Shown one piece after another: positions 25,257 to 37,300 of a stretch of 64,000 nt of DNA. The stretch spans positions 50,756 through 114,755 of the forward strand of contig NIVC01000339.1 of the NCBI GenBank assembly GCA_002269645.1. Reading direction: 5' to 3'. The stretch is from Macrostomum lignano. Taxonomy: Eukaryota. The translations under genes and the position numbers were made by a program. The notes beneath the pieces were generated by a model. It was given only the letters and a program-made list of their open reading frames with translations. It was not told the origin of the DNA and did no database searches. How positions within the stretch are numbered: position 1 is the stretch's first letter; each line of letters starts with the position of its first letter.

Positions 25257-28200
25257 GCCGTCCGGCACCGGGTGCGGCCGGACCCCGCATCGCTGAAAGA
25301 ACTCGTCAGGCGAGCAGCGCACGATGTCAAACATGTCCCGCGCGAAACGGTAGACATATCGCTTGCCGGAAGTTTTCTCAATGATGCGCTTGTCATAATA
25401 GTACCTGAGGCCTCTGCTGAGCTTCTCGTAGTTCATCTTGGGCTTATTCTTCCGCCGGCCCTGCGGAGTAGAACGGAGAAATTAGGTCAAAGAACAGCGG
25501 AACAATTTGTAAAATGATCTCGAACTGAGTCATTTTAATATCCAAGTAACTCCCTTCTGATCCCAAATCCCAATGATCCCAAATCCCAATGATCCCAAAT
25601 CCCAATGATCCCAAATCCCAATAATCCCAAATCCCAAAGATCCCAAATCCCAATGATCCCAAATCCCAATGATCCCAAATCCCAATAATCCCAAATCCCA
25701 ATGATCCCAAATCCCAATGATCCCAAATCCCAATAATCCCAAATCCCAATGATCCCCAAATCCCAGTGATCCCCAAATCCCAATAATCCCAAATCCCAAT
25801 GATCCCAAATCCCAATAATCCCAAATCCCAATGATCCCCAAGTCCCAATGATCCCCAAATCCCAATGATCCCCAAATCCCAGTGATCCCTAAATCCCAAT
25901 GATCCCCAAATCCCAATGATCCCCAAATCCCAATGATCCCCAAATCCCAATGATCCCCAAATCCCAATGATCCCCAAATCCCAATGATCCCCAAATCCCA
26001 ATGATCCCAAATCCCAATGATCCCCAAATCCCAATGATCCCCAAATCCCAATGATCCCCAAATCCCAATGATCCCAAATCCCAATAATCCCAAATCCCAA
26101 TGATCCCGAATCCCAATGATCCCCAAATCCCAATGATCCCCAAATCCCAATGATCCCAAATCCCAATGATCCTCAAATCCAAATGATCCCCAAATCCCAA
26201 TGATCCCCAAATCCCAATGATCCCAAATCCCAATAATCCCAAATCCCAATGATCCCGAATTCCAATGATCCCAAATCCCAATGATCCCAAATCCCAATGA
26301 TCCCCAAATACCAATGATCCCCAAATACCAATGATCCCCAAATACCAATGATCCCCAAATCCCAATTATTCCCAAATCCCAGCGATCCCTAAATCCCAAT
26401 GATACTAAAATCCCAGTGATCCTCAAATCCCAGTGATCCTCAAATTTCAATGATCCCCAAATCCTAATGATCCTCAAATCCAAATGATCCCCAAATGCCA
26501 ATGATCCCCAAATCCCAATGATCCCCAAATGCCAGTGATCCCCAAATCCCAATGACCTAAAATTCCAGTGATCCTCACATCCCAATGATTCCTAAGTTCC
26601 AATAACTAAGACGTCCCAATGATCCCAATGTCCCAAAATCCCAAAGAACCTACTAAAGTCCCAATGATCCCAGAGTCCCAGTGATCCCAAAAATTCCAAA
26701 TTTTCCGAATGTCCCAATGCTCCCAAAGGTCCTAAAGTATATTTGTTAAAAATTAAGAAATCCAGAAACCAAAAATGGTTTGTCGGTGGTATCTATCTAT
26801 GTCTGTCGGTGTGTGATCGTTTCGTTTCGATCATTTCGTAGAAATATGCAAAAACGGCCTTGTATGTAGCTGCTTTTCTAAGGGGTTTTCTGGACCTGGA
26901 CCTGTTCTTACAGAAGTGCTGCGGCCTGCTATTGTCTATCAGCAGCAACTGTTACTTCACTCCGCAATGGCTGAGTCTGAGTCGTTAGCGGGGGCGAGCT
27001 CTGAGCGTTGGTGTATTAATGGATTAGCATAATCTCCGATGCAGGTGAAACTTAATGCAATTTTTCCATTAAAATAATTACAAAAGTCAGACAGGCCCTG
27101 TCTAGGCATAAATTTTTAAGAAACTTGAATCAAAATTTCAGTATTTTGAGTCCAATTTTTAATTAAATAATGCACGGAACATCCGTCTGTCTGCCACAAT
27201 AGCATTGCACTACGAGTATTGACCTGCACTACACTAATGAAAGTAGGACTTGTGGGACATTTGTTTTAGAAAGGGGCATTGAAGAGAGCGGAGAGGGTGG
27301 GGACAGGGGGAGAGTGGCGGGTAGGGGGAGAGTGGCGGGTAGGGGGAGAGTGGCGGGCAGGGGGAGAGTGGCGGGTAGGGGGAGAGTGGCGGGCAGGGGG
27401 AGAGTGGCGGGCAGGGGAGAGTGGCGGGCAGGGGGAGAGTGGCGGGCAGGGGGAGAGTGGCGGGCAGGGGGAGAGTGGCGGACAGGGGGAGAGTGGCGGA
27501 TAGAGGCAAAGTCGAGGCCGCATCCAGCACAGCACAGGCCCAGGCCGCTCACCCATCTCTTTGCCACCTCCTCGGGATCCTTTAGTTTGAACTCCCACTG
27601 CGCCTGGCCGGTCCAGCAGATGTAGCTCTCGGAGGCTGGGCTGCTCAGTTCGTCTAGCAAGAATCTCCACAGCTGGACCTGGCCGCCGCCTCCTCCGCCT
27701 CCAACGCCGCCGCCGCCACTGCTGCTGCTGACGGCTGCATCGAAGTCTGCAGCCGACGTCGATGCTGTGTCGGTAGAAGCTCGCCGAGCTGCAGCCGCGG
27801 CCAGTTTGGACGATTCGCCCGGCGGCAGCAGCCGGACGGTCCGCCCTGAAGCGCCTCGGTGACTGCCTGCCGCGATGGGAGGGCGATGGGAGGCTGGAGT
27901 CGGTGCGAAACCCAGAGAGTAACTCCTCCATCACTCCCTTGTCGACCATTCTCGTCAATCTTTTATCCTCTCCTGTCACATCTCCGAGTCACTCCTCCAT
28001 CGTAAATTGCAGTACTTAACGAGAAATGACCCGCTCAGGCATGCGAGCTCGTATTTATAATATTATACGAGCTTTATGTCAGGCTGCATGAAACCACCAC
28101 AAATACTAGAATAACTAGATGGGCCACTCAGCACATTTGCGTGTAAACTACTTTCAGTTCAGTACAGTAAGTTTAACAGAAGCATTTTAATGTGTTTTTA

Positions 28201-31048
28201 AAGCCAAGGCTCCTTTATTGGCTCTCACCCTCTCTCCCCAGTTTAAACCCTCCAACCACCGCGCTTTTCCACACTACACCCCCTCCCCCCAGTTTAAAAC
28301 CTCCAACCACCGCGCTTTTCCACACTACACCCCCTCCCCTCAGTTTAAACCCTCCAACCGCACTTTTCCACACTACACCCCCTCCCCCCAGTTTAAACCC
28401 TCCAACCGCGCTTTTCCACACTACACCCCCTCCCCCCCGTTTAAACCCTCCAACCGCACTTTTCCACACTACACCCCCTCCCCCCAGTTTAAACCCTCCA
28501 ACCGCGCTTTTCCGCACTACACCCCCTCCCCCCAGTTTAAACCCTCCAACCGCGCTTTTCCACACTACACTCCCGCCCCGCCCCAATTTTTATTGCCTTT
28601 CTCTGAATTCCAGCCTAAAGCCGCCATGTACATTTCAGTGGACTGGCTAATGTACATTATTGCTGAACCAATTAGCAAGTTATTTACGCCTGCAAAAGTG
28701 CAAGCTTGGGCTTCTAAACCTATCAATGTCATTTTAGATGCCTTTATAAAATAGCTTATGTATTCTTCTTTGCTACTGAACTGAAAGTAGAAAGCTGTTT
28801 TACTAAGCATATATGCCTGAGTGGCCCATCTAGTTATTTTAGTTCCTGGACCGACGTGAATGCAACTGCAATACCTGGTAATATCTTACTTAAAGTAACA
28901 ATAGCAGAATATTAGTTTGCATAAAATTATTTACAAGGAACGTTTACTTGATGCTCTACTGATAGTAGAAATATAAGAAACATACGTTAAAAAACTAACG
29001 ACACACAACTTACACTTTGCAGTCTTCTGCTGCCGCAGCGGCTGCTGTTGGCATTGCTCGGCCGGCTCGGTTTTGAAGTCGTCTTTTGCTGCTACTGGAA
29101 AATGCTGCTGAGTCGATGACGCGCCGGCTGTTGCCATGGCAGCACCGGGGAAGTTGTTGGTTAGAAACATCTGATGCTGTTGCTGGTAAACTGACTGACT
29201 GATTGCGGTTTGATAATCAGCTGACTCGGCTGCGCAGATGTATGCCGGTTCCTGAACTGCTAGCTGGTAGGCTGCGGGCTGGTGCTGCTGATAGTAGTGC
29301 TGGTACTGCAGCTGGTGCTGCTGATCGGCTGATAAGAACGCCTGGTCTGCACCGCGGATCTCAATTGGGTCATCATAGCTCTGCTGTAGATGCTGCTGCT
29401 GCACCTGATATACTGGCGGCAGCTGGCACTGCTGATAATAGACAGCAGCTCCTGTGCGATTTGGGTGGCGCCAAAGCAGTTCAGTGATGTTTTATTGAGA
29501 TTTTTGTCTATGTTTAATCCAGGACACCTGGCTCACTGTCCGGCTGTGCAAGACTAACCATTTGACTGAGTCCTCTATTGAGGTAGAGGGACAAAATCCG
29601 CTTCCCATGTCTCATCTCCCCCATTTCTCCTATGTCTCTCCAATCTCCCTCATCTCTCTTTCCCATCTCTCCCATCTCTCTCATCTCTCCCATTTCCCTA
29701 TGTCTCTCCAATCTCCCTCATCTCTCTTTCCCATCTCTCCCATCTCTCTCATCTCTCCCATCTCTCCCCAACCTCACCCATCGCTCCCATCTCTTTCCCA
29801 TCTCTTTCCCATCTCTTTCCCATCTCTCCCATCTCTTTCCCATCTCTTTCCCATCTCTCCCATCTCTCCCACCTCTCCGATCTGTCCCATCTCTCTCCCA
29901 TCTCTCCCATCTCTCCAATCTCTTTCCTATCTCTTTCCCATCTCTCCCATCTCTCCCACCTCTCCGATCTGTCCCATCTCTCTCCCATCTCTCCCATCTC
30001 TCCAATCTCTTTCCTATTTCTTTCCCATCTCTCCCATCTCTCCGATCTGTCCCATCTCTCTCCCATCTCTCCCACCTCTCCGATCTGTCCCATCTCTTCT
30101 CTCATTTCTCCCATCTCTCCGATCTCTCCCACCTCTCCGATCTGTCCCATCTCTTCTCTCATTTCTCCCATCTCTCCGATCTCTCCCACCTCTCCGATCT
30201 GTCCCATCTCTCTCCCATCTCTCCCATCTCTCCAATCTCTTTCCTATCTCTTTCCCATCTCTCCCATCTCTCCCACCTCTCCGATCTGTCCCATCTCTTC
30301 TCTCATTTCTCCCATCTCTCCGATCTCTCCCACCTCTCCGATCTGTCCCATCTCTCTCCCATCTCTCCCATCTCTCCAATCTCTTTCCTATCTCTTTCCC
30401 ATCTCTCCCATCTCTCCCACCTCTCCGATCTGTCCCATCTCTTCTCTCATTTCTCCCATCTCTCCGATCTCTCCCACCTCTCCGATCTGTCCCATCTCTC
30501 TCTCATCTCTCCCATCTCTCCAATCTCTGTCCCATCTCTTTCCCATCTCTCCCATCTCTCCCATCTCTCCGATCTGTCCCATCTCTTCTCTCATTTCTCC
30601 CACCTCTCCGATCTGTCCCATCTCTTCTCTCATTTCTCCCATCTCTCCGATCTCTCCCATCTCTCTCCCATCTCTCCCATCTCTCTCCCAGCTCTTTCCC
30701 ATCTCTTTCCCATCTCTCCCATCTCTCTCCCAGCTCTTTCCCATCTCTTTCCCATCTCTCCCATCTCTCTTATCTCCCTCACTCACCCTGAGCTGCCCCA
30801 GTCAGAGCAGCACCATCTGGCCAGCCGCTGTAGCAACCGGTCCCTGCGGCGGCGGCCATCCTGTTGGCAGACTCGACAGCTTCCGGGCCGCCGCCGCAAC
30901 TCGGCGCTGCAACGTCAGAAAACAGCAGGTGCTGCGGCTGAACGAGGGGTCCAGGCTGGTGCTGCAGTTGATAATGACCCACTTCCACCTGCTGTTGTTG
31001 CTGCAGCAGCTGCTGCTGCTGCTGCGCCTCACTCTGCGCTGACGGCAT
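25251..31048 (-). CDS. ETS1/ETS2/pointed-type ETS transcription factor, 4 exons, ~416 aa
   Basis: Exons 31048-30787, 29451-29014, 27893-27553 and 25460-25251, phases 1/1/0, total 1251 nt. ETS domain reads [30 protein letters not shown]|[32 protein letters not shown]. The start codon and the exon 3 acceptor are less certain. Confidence 0.88.
25558..26720. repeat. 16-17-bp intronic repeat (ATCCCAAATCCCAATG)
   Basis: Tandem array in ETS intron 3. Confidence 0.93.
27290..27500. repeat. ~17-18-bp G-rich repeat (GGGGGAGAGTGGCGGGCA)
   Basis: About 11 copies near the ETS exon 3 donor. Confidence 0.9.
28228..28575. repeat. 48-bp minisatellite, ~7 copies
   Basis: Unit GTTTAAACCCTCCAACCGCGCTTTTCCACACTACACCCCCTCCCCCCA in ETS intron 2. 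Confidence 0.92.
29600..30780. repeat. CT-rich compound repeat (CCATCTCTC core) filling ETS intron 1
   Basis: Low-complexity pyrimidine array with larger duplicated blocks. Confidence 0.92.
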
Positions 31049-31274
31049 CGAATCAGTTCGAGTTGTGAAATTTTCAATCGCTCGCTTTTCCTGTTTTGCC
31101 GGAAGAGAGCCGAGACCTCCGCCGTGCACGCAGCCTTATGCAGCCCCGTCCGTGTTAGTTGGCCTTTTTTGCATTGGCAATCATGGCCTGCCTCCCTGCC
31201 CTTCCAGCTCGCTTCTCATTGGCTGCGCGAACGCAACGGCTGCGACCGAGGTCGGCTAATGGCGCTCTCTGGTG

Positions 31275-32365
31275 ATGATAATGATGAGCGATTCTCTGAG
31301 ATAACGAGAGATTCTCTGAGATAATGAGCGATTCTCTGAGATATTGGAGAGATTCTCTGAGATAATGAGCGATTCTCCGAGATAATGAGCGATTCTCTGA
31401 GATAATGAGCGATTCTGTGAGATAATGACCGATTCTCTGAGTTATTGAGTGATTCTTTGAGATAATGAGCGATTCTCTGAGATAATGAGCGATTTTCTGA
31501 GATAATGAGCGATTCTCTGAGATATTGGAGAGATTCTCTGAGATAATGAGCGATTCTCTGAGATAATGAGCGATTCTCTGAGATAATGAGCGATTCTCTG
31601 AGATAATGAGCGATTCTCTGAGATATTGGAGAGATTCTCTGAGATAATGAGCGATTCTCTGAGATAATGAGCGATTCTCCGAGATAATGAGCGATTCTCT
31701 GAGATAATGAGCGATTCTCCGAGATAATGAGCGATTCTCTGAGATAATGAGCGATTCTCTGAGATATTGGAGAGATTCTCTGAGATAATGAGCGATTCTC
31801 TGAGATAATGAGCGATTCTCTGAGATAATGACCGATTCTCTGATATAATGAGCGATTCTCTGATATAATGACCGATTCTCCGAGATAATGACCAATTCTC
31901 TGAGATAATGACCGATTCTCTGATATAATGACCGATTCTCTGAGATAATGACCGATTCTCTGATATAATGAGCGATTCTCTGAGATAATGACCGATTCTC
32001 TGATATAATGAGCGATTCTCTGAGATAATGAGCGATTCTCTGAGATAATGAGCGATTCTCTGATATAATGACCGATTCTCCGAGATAATGACCGATTCTC
32101 TGATATAATGACCGATTCTCTGAGATAATGACCGATTCTCTGATATAATGACCGATTCTCTGAGATAATGACCGATTCTCTGATATAATGAGCGATTCTC
32201 TGATATAATGACCGATTCTCTGATATAATGACCGATTCTCTGAGATAATGACCGATTCTCTGATATAATGAGCGATTCTCTGAGATAATGAGCGATTCTC
32301 TGAGATAATGAGCGATTCTCCGAGATAATGAGCGATTCTCTGAGATAATGAGCGATTCTCTGAGT
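31275..32365. repeat. 20-bp satellite (GAGATAATGAGCGATTCTCT), ~54 copies
   Basis: Lies between the ETS start and the LTR. Confidence 0.95.
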
Positions 32366-32554
32366 AATAATGATTGATTTTTCGGAACAGGGTTGGTATT
32401 TAAAAGTAAAACATATCGGAGCTGATTAGGTTGAGTTTAACCCCCGTCAGTCGCCTTCAATTACTGAAGTTACCAGCAGTAACTGAAGAGTCCAACTAAC
32501 AGGCATGCATATTCAAATAATTATTAATAATTCAAATTCCAGTGGTTAGGCAGG

Positions 32555-33234
32555 TGTTGGGCTGCGCCCTTCCAGTGTGTATGTACTCGTACTTTTGTTT
32601 TCAGTTTTCATGCCACCCCGCCCCGTCCCCCGTCTCGCGCCCGGGCCAGGGTTTGTGAGAGGCGTAAGTCTCAACCCTGGCCTAGCCCTTTGCACCCAGC
32701 CCCCGGCCCAATCTCTGTCCAATCTGGGTGCCCCCCCCCTCCCTCGTTGCCCGCCTCACCCTGGGGCTGCTCGTATTGGCTGGCTGGCTGATAAGCCGGC
32801 TGGGCCCCAGGGTTTGGCTCGCCGTCTCCATTCTGCCCCACCCCTCCCCCTTTTTTGTGTATTATTTAAATGCTAGCCCTGAGCGGGCTGCGCTCCACGT
32901 GGCTCTCTATTGGTGTCCGCTTCGTTCTTACTGTTTTTGCGTTCATCGGCGTACCTCTGCTTCGTGCCAATAAACGCTTCGTTAGTAACTCGATATATCA
33001 AGGAGAGGTGAGCTCGAGCTTTCGTTCTTCTGGGTTGCCGCGTGGGGCCGGGATCTGCAGGGACCTGGGGACGGTGAACTCTCGCCGATCCCAGGGTGTT
33101 CGGTCAGGCGAACTCTCGCCGAACCGAGCGAGACAGGGTAGGAATAGCCGGGGTGAGGGCTGGGACCGGGGTGTCTCAGGCGGGGAGGGCCCGAACCTTG
33201 ACCCGTCCAGCGGCCATTAGGCCGAGACACAACA
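32555..33234 (+). repeat. 5' LTR (~680 bp)
   Basis: Begins TGTTG and ends CAACA two bases before the PBS, with AATAAA near 32968. No second copy exists in the window, so the left end is inferred from the terminal inverted pentamer. Confidence 0.7.
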
Positions 33235-33236
33235 AG

Positions 33237-33254
33237 TGGTGCCGTGACCAGGAT
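33237..33254 (+). promoter_or_regulatory. Primer-binding site, tRNA-His type
   Basis: TGGTGCCGTGACCAGGAT. The first 12 nt are complementary to the conserved 3' end of eukaryotic tRNA-His (GTCACGGCACCA). Confidence 0.85.
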
Positions 33255-33358
33255 CAGCGGTCCTCTCCCCTGCTGTCCTGCCGTGTGTTTAGGGTTGTGT
33301 GTGTTGCCTAGTTTATTTGTGTGTTGTTTGCTTCGGTTGTCTCTGTGTTTTTGTAGCC

Positions 33359-34339
33359 ATGGCCAATTTAGACGATCTGATTGACGCCCTGACGGCGCGT
33401 CTGCAAAACGAACTTAATGTGGCACAGCGGGTGCCGAGGCCAAATAAGTACGTGCCCACACAGGACTTTGCCCTTTGGATGCAACAATTCACAGGGTATT
33501 GTGAGGCGGCTCATATTCTAGGGGATCAGCGCAAGCAGGCGCTGCTCAGTCTGCTTGACTTTAATACTGCTTTTAAGGCTGTTGCGAATCTTGAGTTGGC
33601 CGATGATTTGCCGTATGATGAGTTTGTTGAGCAGCTAGAAGCTAGGTTTGATGAGAATAGGACTGCTCAAGATTACAAGACCGAGTTCCAGAGTAGGAAT
33701 CAGAAAGATGGCGAGCCCATTGAAGAATATGCAGACGTGCTCAAGGAGCTTATGAGAAAATCGTACCCAATGCTGCCAGCGGCCCAGCGAGAAGAGTTGG
33801 TGAAAGACAGGTTTTTGAAGGGGATTCGGGTGCCAGCCCGGGTGCTGGAGAGCGTGCTGCTGCAAGCGCCAGAGACGCTCCAGGACGCTATTAGGCGGGT
33901 GCGTCAAGTGAGGGCATCGTTGGCTCTGATGGAGCCCGAGGGTAAGCGAGCTGTGCACATGGTGGGGGGTCAGGCCGCAGCGGCTGGCAACAGCCAGGCG
34001 TCCAGGGCAGCCGCCGAGATAGCAGCTCTGAAAGCGGAAGTGGCTCAGCTAAAAGCAAGTGCTGCAGCGCCCACTGCGCCGATGGCGACAGCAAGGTCTG
34101 AGCAGCCAAAAGTGAGCTTGCAGCATCGAGCCCCTGAGCAGAGTCAGCAGCAGAGGCAGTGTGGTCGGTGCCTGCAGACAGGGCATACTACGGCTCGGTG
34201 CCGTAATGCAGTGGTCTGCCGGGAGTGTGGCCAGTCAGGGCACATGCGCAACCGCTGCTATCGTCGGTGGGACCAGTCGGGTTCGGGAAACGGATTGGGG
34301 GCTCGGCCGGGGCACCCGTCCGGGCCCCAGCGTCAGTGA
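33359..34339 (+). CDS. gag: Retrotransposon gag with two CCHC zinc knuckles
   Basis: ATG at 33359. Capsid-like region (DFALWMQQF..YC; Q..GE.IEEY..L; KDRFLKG), then CGRCLQTGHTTARC and CRECGQSGHMRNRC. Confidence 0.92.
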   Translation: MANLDDLIDALTARLQNELNVAQRVPRPNKYVPTQDFALWMQQFTGYCEAAHILGDQRKQALLSLLDFNTAFKAVANLELADDLPYDEFVEQLEARFDENRTAQDYKTEFQSRNQKDGEPIEEYADVLKELMRKSYPMLPAAQREELVKDRFLKGIRVPARVLESVLLQAPETLQDAIRRVRQVRASLALMEPEGKRAVHMVGGQAAAAGNSQASRAAAEIAALKAEVAQLKASAAAPTAPMATARSEQPKVSLQHRAPEQSQQQRQCGRCLQTGHTTARCRNAVVCRECGQSGHMRNRCYRRWDQSGSGNGLGARPGHPSGPQRQ

Positions 34340-34349
34340 ATCCGGGTGC
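34285..34349 (+). promoter_or_regulatory. -1 programmed ribosomal frameshift signal (slippery heptamer plus H-type pseudoknot)
   Basis: G GGA AAC at 34285-34291 in the gag frame. Stem 1 is GGGGCTCGG 34298-34306 with CCGGGCCCC 34320-34328; stem 2 is GCACCCG 34312-34318 with CGGGTGC 34343-34349. Confidence 0.8.
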
Positions 34350-37300
34350 ATCGGGGGCCGCGGCCTTGTCCCAGAGTGTGCTGAGTCGGCAGGGACTGGG
34401 CTATGTGGATGCACAGTTTAGGTTTGGGCCCCCGATTGCATGTCTGCTGACAGCGGGGCCACCGTGTCGTTGTTAAGCAACCGTTTCCTGAAGTCTAGAA
34501 AAGCCGACATTGACTTATCGCCGAATTTGCCGAATTTTTCCGTTTTCGCTGCCAATGGGGAACCGATTGCTGTACATGGAATGGTGACGATGAAGTTTTC
34601 TGTTGGGGACACCGAGTTTTTGCACGAGTTCGCTGTGGTCGAGGAACTGGCTGTGGCATGTATTCTGGGCACTGACTTTTTCGTGAGACACGGGATGGCG
34701 ATTGACTTTGCTAGGAATTGCTTGCAGACTGCATCCTGTGTGTATCCGTTTCGCTTATCAGCAGATAAGCCGCGTCTTTGCCGTCTGGTGCTGAGTCAGC
34801 CTGAGCAGTTCAATGCAGGTCAAGAGAAGGTGGTGCACGTCAGGTTGCAGAGAAGGGTTCCCTCTGGGGTTCAGTTCCTAGGCATTGTGGAGTCTGAGAG
34901 GAGAGTGAGTAACGAGCAGATGGTGGCCAGATCGGTACAGATGCCTGACGGGGACGGTCGCTTGGCTGTCAGGGTGTTGAACACGTCAGGATGCAGTCTG
35001 TCATTAAGGAAGGGAAGCCGAATTGGTTGGTTCTCCCCAGTGGCGGCCCAGCAGCCAGCTGGGTGGCAGGTGAACTCGGTGGAGAGTGTCCGAGACGACT
35101 GGAACCCCCTCAGCGATGTCAAGGAGTGGGGAGGATGTGGCCTGACGGGCGATGAGAAGCACGAGTTTGAGCGCCTGATGGCTCGGAATCGTGATGTCTT
35201 TGCCAGGGATAGCTCGGAGTTGGGACAGTCACACTTGATGGCGCATGAGATTGACACCGGCAACGCCAAGCCAGTAAGTCAGCCCGCGCGTAGGATTCCA
35301 CCGCGCTGGAAGGAGGAAATTGATAAGCAGGTTGATGAGTTGTTGCAGCAGGATCGCATATATCCCTGCTACTCTCCGTGGGCGAGCCCGATCGTGCCGG
35401 TTAAAAAGGCCGACGGTAGCTTGAGGTTGTGTCTAGACTATCGGCGCCTTAACGAGGTCACAGTGCCAGATCCTTACCCACCGCCGCGGATGGACGAGAC
35501 GCTTGATGCGCTAGGAGGGAACTGTGTTTTCTCGACGATGGATCTGGCCTCCGGCTATCATCAGTGCCCGATTGAGCCGAAGGACCAGTTGAAAACGGCG
35601 TTCGTGGTACCCAACAGGGGTCAGTTCGCCTGGAAGTGCATGAGTTTTGGCTTGCGCAATGCTCCCGCTACGTTCGCCAGGCTAATGTCTATGGCCCTGT
35701 CTGAGGTTAACTGGAAGGAGTGCCTGGTGTACTTTGACGATATAGTCGTGTTCGCCAAGTCGGTGGGTCAGCATCTCGAGCGATTGAAGCATGTTTTCCA
35801 GTGCCTGAGGGATGCCAATGTCAAGCTGAAGCCCGCCAAGTGTGTGTTCCTCGCAGAGCGGGTGAAGTTTCTGGGCCACATCGTCTCTCAGGAGGGGATC
35901 GCAACGGACCCGAGCAAGTGCGAGGAGATCCAGAATTGGCCGAGGCCATGTAGCGCCAAGAAGGTGCAGGCATTCCTGGGTACGTGCGCCTACTATCAGT
36001 CATTTATCCCGCAGTTTTCGGAGATTGCAGCGCCGCTGTATAGGTTAACCGCAGACGGAGTGAAGTTTGAGTGGGGTAGTGAAGAGGAGAGTTCGTTTTG
36101 CAGGCTGAAAGACGCTTTGTGTTCACCGAATGTGATGGCATTCCCGGATTTTTCGCCTGGTGCCGGGGAGTTCATCCTCGACACGGACGCCAGTTCGCGC
36201 GTCGGGCTGGGAGCCGTCCTGTCACAGCGTCAAGCAGATGGCCGTGAGAAGGTGATCGCTTACGGGTCTAGGATGATTCATGCGGCGGAGAAAAATTATT
36301 GCACCACCAGGTTAGAGTTGCTTGCCGTCGTGCACTTCGTCAAAAAGTATAGGTACTATTTGTTAGGTAGAAAGTTCACTGTTCGTTCAGACCACAAAGC
36401 TTTGCAGTGGCTAGCCAGTCTGAAGGACGTAGAGGGTCAGTGCGCAAGGTGGCTTGAGTCGCTCCAGAACTTCGACTTTGAGATCATTCACAGGCCAGGC
36501 AAGGAGCACGGCAACGCTGATTCGCTGTCTCGCAAGTACCGAAAACACGCTGGCCATGAGAGCTGCCCTAGCTGCCAGTTTAGCGAGAATGTGCCAGTAG
36601 TGAACGCGGTGTTTGGCAGTGGGCTGTCTTCGAAGGAAGTCCAGCAGGCGCAAGTGGCCGAGAAGAAGCTTGCAGCTGTCCGCTCCTATGCCCTGGACCC
36701 GGGTTCGAACCCCAGTGCGCCTAGAGTGATGTCGTGGGAGGAGCGTGTGCTGTGGGCACAACGGCAGCTGATAAGAGTAGAGTCTGATCTGTTGTATTTT
36801 CAGAGTCCCGGGAGTGGGTGCCAGAAAAAGATCTTGCTGCCGCCGGCTTTGCTGCCGAAAGTGCTCAGTGAGCTTCATGATGGGGTTGCAGGAGGGCACC
36901 TTGGGGTTAGGAAGACACAAGAGAAAGTGAAGGCGAGATACTGGTGGCCGGGGCTGAGTCGTTCCGTGGAAGAGTATTGCCGGAGCTGTGTCCACTGTGC
37001 GAAGGCGAAGCCTGGGCGCAGCAACCGGGCGCCTTTGCAGCCAATCTGCTCGGAAGGAGCTTTCCAGAGGATCATGAGTGACATTGTCGGGCCGTTGCCC
37101 AAGTCCAGAGGTGGCAATCGATTCGTGCTGACAATCCAGGATTCTTTTACTAAGTGGCCGGTGGCGGTGCCCTTGTCCAATCAGCGAGCCCCGACGGTGG
37201 CGCGAGCGATTTTTGATCACTGGATTGCGCACTTTGGTTGTCCTGAATTTCTAGTCACCGATAAGGGCACCAATTTTGAGTCGGCTTTGATGAAGCAGTT

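Noticed and set aside
19631-31895. Long low-complexity ORFs ([27 protein letters not shown] types)
   Set aside because: They are translations of tandem arrays, mostly intronic, with no splice-compatible connection to the gene models.
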